From: an uncultured Thermoplasmata archaeon
GTDB lineage: Archaea; Thermoplasmatota; Thermoplasmata; UBA10834
Length of the DNA stretch: 64,000 bases
Assembly: GCA_963719945.1 (NCBI GenBank)
Contig: CAVRDX010000001.1
Coordinates: forward strand, 800,001 to 864,000
Direction: 5' to 3'
Both the position numbers and the translations under genes were made by a program. This document shows positions 10,224 to 19,808 of this stretch, piece by piece; position 1 is the first letter of the stretch; every line of letters begins with the position of its first letter. The notes beneath the pieces are model-generated. The model saw nothing but the letters and a program-made list of their open reading frames with translations. It had not been told where the DNA came from and did not search any database.

Positions 10224-10790
10224 TCAGATGAATCTCACTGTGCCAGTCTTGATATCGAACATGGCACCGTACAGCGTAATCTTCTCAGCGTGAACGGCGT
10301 CCCGTATGATAGAGCTCATATCCATGAGCTTTCTCAACTGCACCCTGACATTCGTCTCTGCCACTAGATTCGGATCGCGTGATTTGACATCGTCGAGCTT
10401 TGACTTCGCACATTGTATTTCCTTTATCACGCATTCCATACTCTCCAGTCCCCCGCATTCGTATGAGGCCTTCACAGCACCGCATTCCGTATGACCCATC
10501 ACGAGGATCGCACGGACCTTCAGGTGAGATACGGCATATTCCAGGCTCCCGTACAGGCTTGGATCGCATACGCAATTCCCCGCCACACGGACGACGAACG
10601 CGTCGCCCAAGGACAGGTTGAATATCTTCACAGGGTCCACTCTAGAATCAGAACAGGTGACGATAGCCACGAACGGTTCCTGCTTCTTCGCGAGCCTCGC
10701 GAGAAACGAAGGGTCCGCGCCATTTCGGAACGTGGAATTCCCGTCGACCAATCGGGTCTTCGGATCCATGCTCGCGTCCGTAGCTAGCAC
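10224..10790 (-). CDS. Beta-class carbonic anhydrase
   Basis: CSDSRV, FVVRVAGN, GSLEYAV, GHTECGAV; start may be ATG at 10769. Confidence 0.92.
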   Translation of the reverse strand: MLATDASMDPKTRLVDGNSTFRNGADPSFLARLAKKQEPFVAIVTCSDSRVDPVKIFNLSLGDAFVVRVAGNCVCDPSLYGSLEYAVSHLKVRAILVMGHTECGAVKASYECGGLESMECVIKEIQCAKSKLDDVKSRDPNLVAETNVRVQLRKLMDMSSIIRDAVHAEKITLYGAMFDIKTGTVRFI

Positions 10791-10819
10791 CTCCTTTAGA
10801 GTGTCTTAAATTTAATATT

Positions 10820-10840
10820 GGAGGGGGGATGCCCCCCTCC
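10820..10840. terminator. Perfect 9-bp GC hairpin between acsA and carbonic anhydrase
   Basis: GGAGGGGGG-ATG-CCCCCCTCC inverted repeat 20 nt downstream of the acsA stop. Confidence 0.5.
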
Positions 10841-10859
10841 TAGAAAAGGATATTGGTGT

Positions 10860-12614
10860 TTAGTCCTCAAGAGTCGAGACGTCGCCAGTCGGGAGACCGA
10901 GCTCTCTAGCCCTGAGCAGTCTCCTCATGATCTTGCCGCTCCTGGTCTTAGGGAGTGACTTGACGACCTCAATCTCCCTCGGGTACGCGTGCCCTGCGAG
11001 CCTGCTCTTGACGTGCTTCTGGATGTCCGCCTTGAGCTCGTCGCTCTCCACATGGCCAGGGGTCAGGACGATGAACGCCTTGATGATATTGCCTCTGAGC
11101 TGGTCAGGCTTCCCGATGACGCCCGCCTCAGCGACCGCCTCGTGCTCGATCAGCGCGCTCTCGACCTCGAAGGGCCCGACACGCTCGCCAGATGTCTTGA
11201 TGACATCGTCGGCGCGACCGACATACCAGAAGTATCCGTCATTGTCGATCTGGGCAGTGTCGCCGGTGTAGTACCAGCCGTTCCTGAAGTATTCGTTGTA
11301 CTTCGCCGGGTTATTCCAGATCTTCCTCATCATGGACGGCCACTTTGGCCTGATCACCAGGCTGCCTTCCTCGCCGTCGGCCAGAACCGTGCCGTTCTCA
11401 TCGACTATGGCGGCCTCGATGCCCGGGAGCGGCTTGCCCATGGAGCCTGGCTTGATAGGCATCTCAGGGAAGTTGGTGATCAATATGCTGCCCGTCTCCG
11501 TCTGCCACCACGTGTCGTGGAATGGCTTGTTGTCGAAGACCTCCTGGGCCCACTTGACTCCCTCTGGGTTGAGCGGCTCACCAACGCAGTAGAGCGCCCT
11601 CAAACTCGAAAGATCGTACTTCTTCGGTATGTCATCACCCTTCGCCATCAGCATCCTGACGGCCGTCGGGGCTGTGTACCATATGGATATCTTGTAGTTC
11701 TGGATGGCCTGGTACCATCGGTCTGGATCGAACCTGCCGCCGAGCCCGACCTGTGTCGTTCCGTTCGACCAGGGTCCGAGACAGCCATAGACCACGCCAG
11801 TGACCCAGCCTAGGTCAGCACCGCACCAATATACGTCCTCATCATGGACATCCAACACCCAGTAAGTCGTGAGGGTCGCCTGCACTATTCCCTTGTGGGC
11901 ATGCACGACCCCCTTCGGCTTCCCGGTCGAGCCAGATGTGTAGAGCAGGTACATGAACTCCTCGGGGTCCATGGGGACGGTCTCGAACTTGTCGGAAGCT
12001 GATGCCATCTCCTTCTCCCAGCTCAATTCGCCCGGAGCGACGTCATCGCCGACGATGATCGTGTGCTTCATTTCTGGCAGCTGGTCCTTGACCTCGTAGA
12101 ACCTCGTCTTTAGTTCGCTGTCAGTGACCAGACAGACTGCACTGCTGTCCAGGAGCCTGTCCTTGATGGCGTCCGGACCGAACGCGGGGAACATTGGGCT
12201 GGCAATCGCGCCATACTTTATCGCGCCCAGGAATCCGATGTATAGCTCAGGGGACCTCTGCAGGAAGAAGAATACCCTGTCCTGCCTCTTTATTCCCAGC
12301 TTCTTCATCACGTTCGCGAACTTGTTCGTCTGTTCGTAGAGCTGCTTGAACGTGAACTTCTGGGAATTGCCCTCGCCATCGTCATATATGAGAGCGACCT
12401 TGTCAGCGTTCTTTCCTTTCGCGTGCCTGTCAACAACGTTGTAGGCTGCGTTGATCTTCCCGCCGGGGAACCAGTCAACCATCTTCTCAGCGTCAGCCCA
12501 CTTGAAACTCGACCTCAGTTCGTTGTAGCCGAGTAGATTCGGCTTCAATCTGAGTTTCGAGGGGTCCTTTACGATAATTTCGCCTTTTATTAGCTCGGTG
12601 TCTTTCTCTGCCAT
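10860..12614 (-). CDS. acsA: Acetate--CoA ligase (AMP-forming acetyl-CoA synthetase)
   Basis: YTSGSTGKPKGVVH, DTWWQTETG, TGD, GRADDVIK, LPKTRSGKIMRRLL. Confidence 0.93.
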   Translation of the reverse strand: MAEKDTELIKGEIIVKDPSKLRLKPNLLGYNELRSSFKWADAEKMVDWFPGGKINAAYNVVDRHAKGKNADKVALIYDDGEGNSQKFTFKQLYEQTNKFANVMKKLGIKRQDRVFFFLQRSPELYIGFLGAIKYGAIASPMFPAFGPDAIKDRLLDSSAVCLVTDSELKTRFYEVKDQLPEMKHTIIVGDDVAPGELSWEKEMASASDKFETVPMDPEEFMYLLYTSGSTGKPKGVVHAHKGIVQATLTTYWVLDVHDEDVYWCGADLGWVTGVVYGCLGPWSNGTTQVGLGGRFDPDRWYQAIQNYKISIWYTAPTAVRMLMAKGDDIPKKYDLSSLRALYCVGEPLNPEGVKWAQEVFDNKPFHDTWWQTETGSILITNFPEMPIKPGSMGKPLPGIEAAIVDENGTVLADGEEGSLVIRPKWPSMMRKIWNNPAKYNEYFRNGWYYTGDTAQIDNDGYFWYVGRADDVIKTSGERVGPFEVESALIEHEAVAEAGVIGKPDQLRGNIIKAFIVLTPGHVESDELKADIQKHVKSRLAGHAYPREIEVVKSLPKTRSGKIMRRLLRARELGLPTGDVSTLED

Positions 12615-12840
12615 CTCTTCACTTCCAATCTAGCTGGCCAGAGGGGTCGCTGTTCATGCCCTTGGCTTCGCCGTTCTCGTGATCAGGTCTCGCCCATCGC
12701 ACTCGCGCAACATCATCAGTGAGTCAATAATCCTCTCTGATCGTTCTTCTCTGCACTTCAGCGGCGCGGGTTAAGGTGCTCTTCACCGAAGCGGCATCCG
12801 AGCCCGCTAGGCGATATCCTATCGACTGCATTTGTCATAT

Positions 12841-12856
12841 CCTTATAAGGTTTTTC
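12841..12856 (-). promoter_or_regulatory. Putative BRE/TATA promoter of acsA
   Basis: Minus strand GAAAAA-CCTTATAAGG; best TATA-like element close upstream of acsA. Confidence 0.5.
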
Positions 12857-13020
12857 GATGCGACAACGGCGATTTCACTCGATTCGGTATCCTGCGTGCG
12901 GTATTTGGGGAGTCTAATGTGACGATATTCGTTCGGTTACGACGAAAAGCGAACCGTTTCCGACGACATATAATCAAATTAAGAGTATAGTAAGAGGTTT
13001 GCATCACATGTGACGAATAA

Positions 13021-13914
13021 TCACTCTTTCAAGTTGTGGTGTATCTTTGCGGCCTTGACCGTGTTCTTCATCAGCATTGTGATCGTCATCGGTCCCACTC
13101 CGCCAGGTACTGGAGTGATCGCCTTCGCCTTTTCCTTCACCGACTCGAAATCCACATCACCCACGAGCCTCGTGCCGTTCTTCGCGGTCGGGTCGTTGAT
13201 CCTGTTTACGCCTACATCTATCACGACGACTCCGTCCCTGACCATGTCTGCCTTCACGAAGTTGGGCACACCTATGGCCGCGATGAGGATGTCGGCCTGT
13301 TTCGTGAATTCGCTCATGTTCTGCGTTCTCGAATGACATATGGTGACGGTTGCATCCGCCCCCGGGGCTTTCTGAAGGAGTATGTTTGTGATCGGCTTCC
13401 CGACGATGTTGCTACGGCCTATGACGACTACATGCTTACCCTTAGGATCGTTCCCGCTCCTCACGAGGAGTTCCTGTATTCCATGAGGTGTGCACGGCAG
13501 ATAGCAGTCCTCGGCCCCGACGACCATCTTCCCTACATTCACGGGGTGGAAGCCGTCCACATCCTTGCTCGGATCGATCTTGAGCAACACATTCTGCTCG
13601 TTGATATGCTTCGGCAGCGGGAGCTGGACGAGGATACCATCGAACTTCTTGTCGTTGTTGTACTTGTCGATCAGATCAAGGAGTTCCTGCTCCGTCGTTT
13701 CCACGGGGAGACGTATCGTCTCGGAGTGCATGCCTAGCTCCACACACGCTTCACCCTTCTTCCTCACATAGACCTGTGAAGCTGCATCTTCTCCAACGAT
13801 GATCACTACCAGACCAGGGGTCACCCCGGACTTCTTCATCCCAGCGATCTCATCCTTGAGTTCTGCTCGGATGCTTTTCGCAACCTCGTTTCCGTTTATG
13901 ATTTGGGCCACCAA
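13021..13914 (-). CDS. folD: Methylenetetrahydrofolate dehydrogenase/cyclohydrolase
   Basis: YVRKK, GILVQLPLP, KDVDGFHP, PCTP, GRSNIVGKP, ITPVPGGVGPMT; GGAGG upstream of TTG. Confidence 0.97.
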   Translation of the reverse strand: MVAQIINGNEVAKSIRAELKDEIAGMKKSGVTPGLVVIIVGEDAASQVYVRKKGEACVELGMHSETIRLPVETTEQELLDLIDKYNNDKKFDGILVQLPLPKHINEQNVLLKIDPSKDVDGFHPVNVGKMVVGAEDCYLPCTPHGIQELLVRSGNDPKGKHVVVIGRSNIVGKPITNILLQKAPGADATVTICHSRTQNMSEFTKQADILIAAIGVPNFVKADMVRDGVVVIDVGVNRINDPTAKNGTRLVGDVDFESVKEKAKAITPVPGGVGPMTITMLMKNTVKAAKIHHNLKE

Positions 13915-14041
13915 TTAAAACGCCTCCTAAAACGTGATGCGCCTCGTTTACTTAAGATTTCGCGCAGTTTTAAGTGCAAATGGAAAAATTCCGAAAGGCT
14001 TTATTATGCGGTCCTTATACCGGTTAAAAGGGGGCTGACAA

Positions 14042-15721
14042 ATGGCGATGAAGCCAGATATTGAAATTGCTCAGGAAGCAAAGGTACAGCACATTGAGAA
14101 GATTGCGGAAAAGGTCGGCCTTTCCCGCGATGATCTAGACTTCTACGGGAAGTACAAAGCAAAGGTCCCTCTCGACGTGCTAAAGAGATATGAAAGCAAC
14201 AAGGATGGCAAACTCATCTTTGTCACCGCCATCACCGCCACAAAGGCCGGTGAGGGGAAGACGGTCACATCCATAGGTCTGTGCCAGGGCATGGGCCAGC
14301 TGGGAAAGAAGGTCATGCTTTCCCTCAGAGAACCATCGCTTGGTCCGACATTCGGAATCAAGGGTGGCGCGACCGGAGGAGGATACTCCCAGATCTATCC
14401 GATGTGGGATATCGACCTGCACTTCACAGGCGACATACACGCAGTTGGAACAGCTCATAACCTGCTGTCCGCACTCGTGGAGAACCATGTCACAAAGAAG
14501 AACCCGCTAGGGATCGACCCGACAAAGATCACCTGGAGAAAGGCCATGGACATGAACGCCAGGGAGCTGAGGAAGATCGTTGTCGGACTCGGAGGCAGGA
14601 CCGTGGGAGGTGTGCCACACGAGAGCGGCTTCGACATAACAGTCGCCAGTGAGATCATGGCCATACTGGCACTCTCAAAGGACATGGCCGACCTCAGACT
14701 CAGAATGTCTAGGATGGTCGTAGGATACACGTACGACAATAAACCTGTCACCGCGGACCAGCTGAAGGGAATAGGTGCTATGTGCCTCCTGCTGAAGGAC
14801 GCGATCGCTCCGACACTGGTTCAGACGCTCGAGGGGCAGCCCGCACTCATACACGGAGCGCCTTTCGCGAACATCGCGCACGGGAACAGTTCCATCATTG
14901 CGACCAAGTACGCACTCAAGATGGCAGATTATGTAATCACTGAGGGCGGATTCGCGATGGATCTCGGTGGCGAGAAGTTCTTCGATATCGTCTGCAGGAT
15001 AACTGGTCTGAAGCCTGACGTCGCCGTACTCGTCGCCAGCATAAGGGCCCTCAAGATGCACGGCGGGATGGACCAGAAGGAAATCGGCAAGCCCGATGTC
15101 GGATTCCTCGAGAAGGGTTACAGCAACCTCGACAAGCACATAGAGAACATCAAGAAGTTCGGAGTGCCTGTCGTAGTCGCGATCAACCAGTTCCCGACCG
15201 ACAGTCCAGAGGAGATCGAGCACATCAAGAAGCACTGCGCGAAGGTCGGTGCGAGATTCGGTCTATCCAGAGTGTTCGTCGAGGGTGGCAAGGGCGGCGT
15301 AGAACTCGCTCAGGCTGTGCTGGAATCGCTCGAGAAGGAGAAGAGCAACTTCAAGGTGCTCTATGACGAGAAGCTCCCAATAAAGGATAAGATAAAGATC
15401 ATCGCGACGGAGATCTATGGGGCAAAGGATGTAGTATACACTGGCACTGCTCCTGGAGACATCGCAGCGATCGAGGCGGCCGGCAACGACAAGCTTCCGA
15501 TCTGCATGGCTAAGACCCAGCACTCCCTCACGGACGACCCGGCGAAGAAGGGTGCGCCCAAGGATTGGGTCCTGACGGTAAGGGAGGTCAGACTGTCCGC
15601 TGGAGCGGGCTTCATAGTACCCCTGACCGGAGAGATGATGACGATCCCGGGATTGCCAACATCTCCTGCAGCGGAGAGGATCAACATCGACGACAACGGT
15701 TACATAACCGGACTCAACTGA
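14042..15721 (+). CDS. fhs: Formate--tetrahydrofolate ligase
   Basis: AGEGKT, LREPSLGP.FGIKGGATGGGYSQ, LHFTGDIHA, PFANIAHG, PICMAKTQ. Confidence 0.97.
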   Translation: MAMKPDIEIAQEAKVQHIEKIAEKVGLSRDDLDFYGKYKAKVPLDVLKRYESNKDGKLIFVTAITATKAGEGKTVTSIGLCQGMGQLGKKVMLSLREPSLGPTFGIKGGATGGGYSQIYPMWDIDLHFTGDIHAVGTAHNLLSALVENHVTKKNPLGIDPTKITWRKAMDMNARELRKIVVGLGGRTVGGVPHESGFDITVASEIMAILALSKDMADLRLRMSRMVVGYTYDNKPVTADQLKGIGAMCLLLKDAIAPTLVQTLEGQPALIHGAPFANIAHGNSSIIATKYALKMADYVITEGGFAMDLGGEKFFDIVCRITGLKPDVAVLVASIRALKMHGGMDQKEIGKPDVGFLEKGYSNLDKHIENIKKFGVPVVVAINQFPTDSPEEIEHIKKHCAKVGARFGLSRVFVEGGKGGVELAQAVLESLEKEKSNFKVLYDEKLPIKDKIKIIATEIYGAKDVVYTGTAPGDIAAIEAAGNDKLPICMAKTQHSLTDDPAKKGAPKDWVLTVREVRLSAGAGFIVPLTGEMMTIPGLPTSPAAERINIDDNGYITGLN

Positions 15722-15770
15722 TCGTCGACGGGATCACTCCCAACTATCCAAACCTCTTATTTTCGTTGCC

Positions 15771-15796
15771 CACCGGGAGGGTTTCTGTCCCCGGTG
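15771..15796. terminator. Hairpin between fhs and hdrA-like gene
   Basis: CACCGGG...CCCGGTG inverted repeat following a pyrimidine tract after the fhs stop. Confidence 0.35.
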
Positions 15797-15872
15797 AGCC
15801 AAACACATTATCCAGACGGTCGTTCGACCGCTCTGCCAGCCCTTCATGGTCTAGCAACACGGGAGGGGAAGT

Positions 15873-17111
15873 ATGTCGAAAAGTGTCCTCATTATTGGAG
15901 GAGGGCCCGCAGGCGTATCCGCGGCGAAGGCCCTCGTTGACAGAAGCGAAGGAATCGTGCTCGTGGAGAGGTCCGAATCCCTCGGCGGTATGGCAAGGGA
16001 GCTGACCTGCAAGGGCGTGAGCGAGTGCAGGAACTGCGGAGCATGCTATGTCGTCGATCGATCGGCAGAGCTGCTGAGAGATAAGATCGCAGAGGTCCTG
16101 CTGCTCTCAGAGGCTACCCAGATCAAGAAAGAGGGAGATGGGTACGAGGTCAAGATCAAAATCTCGCCTAGATATGTCACCAACAACTGCGTAGGGTGCA
16201 GCAAGTGTATCGAAGTGTGCCCGGCAGATGGCAAGGCGATCTTCGCGCCAACTGGCAACGGTCAGCCGAGGCAGCACTGGATCGACAGGAGCAAGTGCCT
16301 GCACTTCAAGAAGGACAAGTGCCAGAAGTGTGCCGATGTGTGCCCGACCAAAGCCATAGATTACGAGGATAGGGCGAAGAACATCACCAGGAAGGTCTCA
16401 TCTATTATCTGCGCCACCGGCATGGAACCAGTGGACGCATCCGAAGTCAAGAGGCTCGGCGGTGGCGTGCTGGAGAACGCAATCTCGAGCTTGGACGCGG
16501 AACGAATCCTTAACAATCATGGTAGGCTGCTCAGACCATCGGACGGCAAGCAGCCGAAGAAGATCGCAGTCATTCAGTGTGTCGGGTCCAGATCAGCAAA
16601 GACAGGTGTGGAGTATTGCTCCAAATTCTGCTGCAAGTATGCGACCAAGATCTCCCAGCTGCTCATCGACCAGGACCCGGAGGTCAACCTGGATTTCTAT
16701 TTCATGGACCTGAGGACCCTATACGAACCTCACGACGAATTCAAAAAATGGGTCAGGGAGAGGAAGAAGACGGTCAGGATGATCCGGAGCATGCCCGCAG
16801 TCGTGTTGCCTGGCAACGATGGGAATCTGGTCGTGAGAGCATCCACGGAGACTGACTCGGAAGTCATCGAAACGGAATATGACCTGGTCTTGCTCTCGGT
16901 CGGAATGCGCCCCACCACAAATCCAAAGGAACTCATCGATTCCCTCGCAATAAAGACGGACGAGAGAGGGTTCGCGATCTGCGACAAGTCGCTCGAAGAA
17001 TCGGGCGTCTTCATGGTCGGGACCACCTGTGAGCCCATGGACATAGAGGAGACAACTGTGAGGGCAGCTGCCGCAGCATCTCGTGCGAGCCATCGGAAGG
17101 AGGGAGTCTGA
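15873..17111 (+). CDS. hdrA: HdrA-like FAD/Fe-S protein, part 1 (FAD domain with inserted ferredoxin)
   Basis: IIGGGPAG, CVGCSKC..VCP, CQKCADVCP, IQCVGSR...YCSKFCC, DLVLLSVGM. Confidence 0.85.
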   Translation: MSKSVLIIGGGPAGVSAAKALVDRSEGIVLVERSESLGGMARELTCKGVSECRNCGACYVVDRSAELLRDKIAEVLLLSEATQIKKEGDGYEVKIKISPRYVTNNCVGCSKCIEVCPADGKAIFAPTGNGQPRQHWIDRSKCLHFKKDKCQKCADVCPTKAIDYEDRAKNITRKVSSIICATGMEPVDASEVKRLGGGVLENAISSLDAERILNNHGRLLRPSDGKQPKKIAVIQCVGSRSAKTGVEYCSKFCCKYATKISQLLIDQDPEVNLDFYFMDLRTLYEPHDEFKKWVRERKKTVRMIRSMPAVVLPGNDGNLVVRASTETDSEVIETEYDLVLLSVGMRPTTNPKELIDSLAIKTDERGFAICDKSLEESGVFMVGTTCEPMDIEETTVRAAAAASRASHRKEGV

Positions 17112-18688
17112 TGAAGGGGCATATACAGGTCATCGGATGCAAGTCCTGCACCGAGATTCCTCGGCTCATAGACATGAACAAGCTGATTGAGAAGGCATCT
17201 ACGATGGAGCTTGTCGTCTCGACAGTACTTGTCGGCGCCGTTTGCGATATAAAGAGCATAAAACAGGTCGTCCAGGAAGCCAGAGAGAGGGAGGTGGACA
17301 GGGTCGTGGTACTCGCATGTCCCAAGAAGGTGGTAAATCCCGCGCTCCTGGCTGCATTCAAGAAGGCTAAGGTGAACGAGTTCCTGGTCGAGTATGTCAA
17401 CATCAGAGATGAGGCTGTCCTTCCGCACATGAACGACTCGGTCAGAGCGCAGACAAAAGCGGAGACTATGATGATAGCTGCTCTCCAAAAGGTGCTCGAA
17501 CTCAAGCCGCTTGAGACTCTGGAAGAGAACATGAGGACGAGGAACGTCGTCGTGCTAGGCGGAGGTTCATCCGGAAGGAAGGCTGCGGAAACCGCCGCGA
17601 AGACCGGAGCTCATACGATAATCATCGAGAAGGGCACGAAGAGCTTCAAAGCTCCCGGCATACTGATGCAGAACTCCGTCCTGTTGAAATCCAAAGGATA
17701 CGGTGGCAATTTCATATTGACCATCAGGGCAGGGGAGAAGGTGGAGGAGCTCGAATGCGCGGCAATCGTGGTCGCAACTGGCGGCGGCTGGACCGGGCTC
17801 AAGGGGCCGCTCGCAAAGGCATGCAAGAGCGCGTTGCCCCTGTACGAATTGGATGAACAGATACGCTCAGGCGGGAAGCCGGAAGGCCCCATCGTGATCG
17901 TCGATTCGTCGGACCCAGCTGGCAAGTCCATGCAGGTCCGTGATTACGCATGGGATGAGTCCCTTGATCTGGCAGTCGAACTCAAGAGACGTTCGGCGGA
18001 TGCTGACATCACAATCATATTCCAGGAGATGCGGGCTTTCGGCCTATCCGAGCTGAAGTACAAAGAGGCCGCGGAGCTTGGTGTCAGGTTCATCAGATAC
18101 GACCTTGCTGGAATCCCCAAGATCGACTCCAAGGAACCGAACGTGATCTCGGTCAGGGACCTCGCACAGGGCGAGACTATCAGGTTGAGGTTCGGGACTC
18201 TGGCATTCGCATCGATACCTGCGAACGATGACAATGAAGGCATCGCGGAGACACTGAGGATACCGATGTCTCCGGATGGAGGTGTCCGGCACGGAAGCAT
18301 ACAGAGAGGACCGGTAAGCACCCCTAGACCAGGGATATTCGTCTGCGGCTCCGCCCTTTTCCCCAAGACGAAGGATGTCGCCGAAGATGAAGGCACTGTT
18401 GCAGGCGAACTTGCAGGAGAGTTCGCATCGAAGGGGATCATTGAATACGGAGGACTGGTCGCCGAGGTAACGCAGGAGAAATGCTCCGCGTGTCTGACGT
18501 GCATCAGGACATGTCCATACGAGGCCCCGTTCATAGGCACTGCCAACAAAGCAGAGATACGCATACAGGCCTGCCAAGGATGCGGGATGTGCGTCGGCAT
18601 ATGCCCGAGCAAAGCGATCGAGTTACGCAACTGCACTGACGGCCTCATAATGCAGGAGACCAAGACGATGCTTAGAGGTGATTTCTGA
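17111..18688 (+). CDS. HdrA-like protein, part 2 (N-terminal Cys domain, degenerate FAD domain, C-terminal 2x[4Fe-4S])
   Basis: GCKSC..VC..LACP..EYVNIRD, VLGGG, IVVATG, TPRPGIFVCGSA..PK, CSACLTCIRTCPY, CQGCGMCVGICP. Confidence 0.8.
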   Translation: MKGHIQVIGCKSCTEIPRLIDMNKLIEKASTMELVVSTVLVGAVCDIKSIKQVVQEAREREVDRVVVLACPKKVVNPALLAAFKKAKVNEFLVEYVNIRDEAVLPHMNDSVRAQTKAETMMIAALQKVLELKPLETLEENMRTRNVVVLGGGSSGRKAAETAAKTGAHTIIIEKGTKSFKAPGILMQNSVLLKSKGYGGNFILTIRAGEKVEELECAAIVVATGGGWTGLKGPLAKACKSALPLYELDEQIRSGGKPEGPIVIVDSSDPAGKSMQVRDYAWDESLDLAVELKRRSADADITIIFQEMRAFGLSELKYKEAAELGVRFIRYDLAGIPKIDSKEPNVISVRDLAQGETIRLRFGTLAFASIPANDDNEGIAETLRIPMSPDGGVRHGSIQRGPVSTPRPGIFVCGSALFPKTKDVAEDEGTVAGELAGEFASKGIIEYGGLVAEVTQEKCSACLTCIRTCPYEAPFIGTANKAEIRIQACQGCGMCVGICPSKAIELRNCTDGLIMQETKTMLRGDF

Positions 18689-19107
18689 TGACGCAGCAAA
18701 GACCCAAGATAGTCGGCTTCTGCTGTGAACGACATGGCCTGGACTCGGCGATTGTGGCTGCGAAGTCGGGCACCACATATGATGCGAGTGTGAGGATCAT
18801 CGATGTACCGTGCACTGGAAGGGTGGATGGACTGCATATCCTAAAGGCGCTCGAGGATGGCGCAGACGCCGTCTTCGTGCTCGGCTGTCTCGAGAAGAAC
18901 TGCTACTATGACACTGGCTCAATCGAAGGCAGGAAGCGTGTGGAATATGTCAGATCGATGCTCGCAGAGGCAGGCATCGAGAAGGAGAGGGTCGAGATGT
19001 TCAATACCTCCTCGACCATGGCCTGGAAATTCCCGGAGATAGTCTCGAAGATGTGTGACATCGTCAATCGACTCGGTCCGCTCGGAAAGGATGGTGATGA
19101 GCAATGA
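18688..19107 (+). CDS. mvhD: MvhD-like [2Fe-2S] subunit
   Basis: PKIVGFCC, VPCTGRVD..HILKALEDGADAV.VLGC...C.Y..G, ERVEM. Confidence 0.88.
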   Translation: MTQQRPKIVGFCCERHGLDSAIVAAKSGTTYDASVRIIDVPCTGRVDGLHILKALEDGADAVFVLGCLEKNCYYDTGSIEGRKRVEYVRSMLAEAGIEKERVEMFNTSSTMAWKFPEIVSKMCDIVNRLGPLGKDGDEQ

Positions 19108-19808
19108 TAGTCGCGAAGAGAAAGCCCCTCGGAGAGATCGCTGACATGATCGCTCCGTACAAGAAGGTCTCGGTGATCGGGTGCCGGAGCTGTGTGGCGA
19201 TCTGTCTGGCCGGTGGAGAGAAGGAAGTCAAGATGCTCGTCTCCGCACTCAAGGTCAAGAACAAGAAGGAGGGCAGGAAGCAACAGTTCGAAGCACTCGT
19301 CGTAGAGAGACAGTGCGAGAAGGAGTGGATCCAGGAGGTCGAGGACAAGATACTCGATTCCGACCTCGTATTGTCCATGGCGTGTTCGTTGGGAGCCCAG
19401 ACGATAGGTGACAACTACCCGCACAAGCTCGTGTTCCCCGCGCTCAACACTGGGATATTCGGCGTGCCCGAGGAGCAGGGCGTGTGGTCCGAGAAGTGCG
19501 TTGGCTGCGGCAACTGCATCATCCATACGACCGGAGGCATATGCCCGATCGCGAGATGCGCCAAGAGCATGTTGAACGGCCCTTGCGGAGGTTCGTCCAA
19601 CGGTCATTGTGAAGTTAACCTGGACATCGATTGCGCATGGTATGCGATCCATGAGAGGCTGAAGCTGCAGAACAGGCTTGAGCTGATCGAGCAGGTATCA
19701 GCACCAAAGGATTGGTCCACAAGCCACTCGGGTGGAAGGCGAATATACGTCAGAGAGGACGCGAAGCTGACTCAACACCAGAAGAAGGGTAAGGAGGCGG
19801 TCAGATGA
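19104..19808 (+). CDS. metV: MetV (methylene-THF reductase small Fe-S/Zn subunit)
   Basis: GCRSCVAICLAGG, ERQCE, EKCVGCGNC, GGICPIARCAKSMLNGPCGG, CEV...DCAW. Confidence 0.9.
   Translation: MIVAKRKPLGEIADMIAPYKKVSVIGCRSCVAICLAGGEKEVKMLVSALKVKNKKEGRKQQFEALVVERQCEKEWIQEVEDKILDSDLVLSMACSLGAQTIGDNYPHKLVFPALNTGIFGVPEEQGVWSEKCVGCGNCIIHTTGGICPIARCAKSMLNGPCGGSSNGHCEVNLDIDCAWYAIHERLKLQNRLELIEQVSAPKDWSTSHSGGRRIYVREDAKLTQHQKKGKEAVR

Noticed and set aside
8840-10367. 353-aa and 309-aa plus-strand ORFs
   Set aside because: Antisense to the well-supported OFA transporter; no recognisable features.
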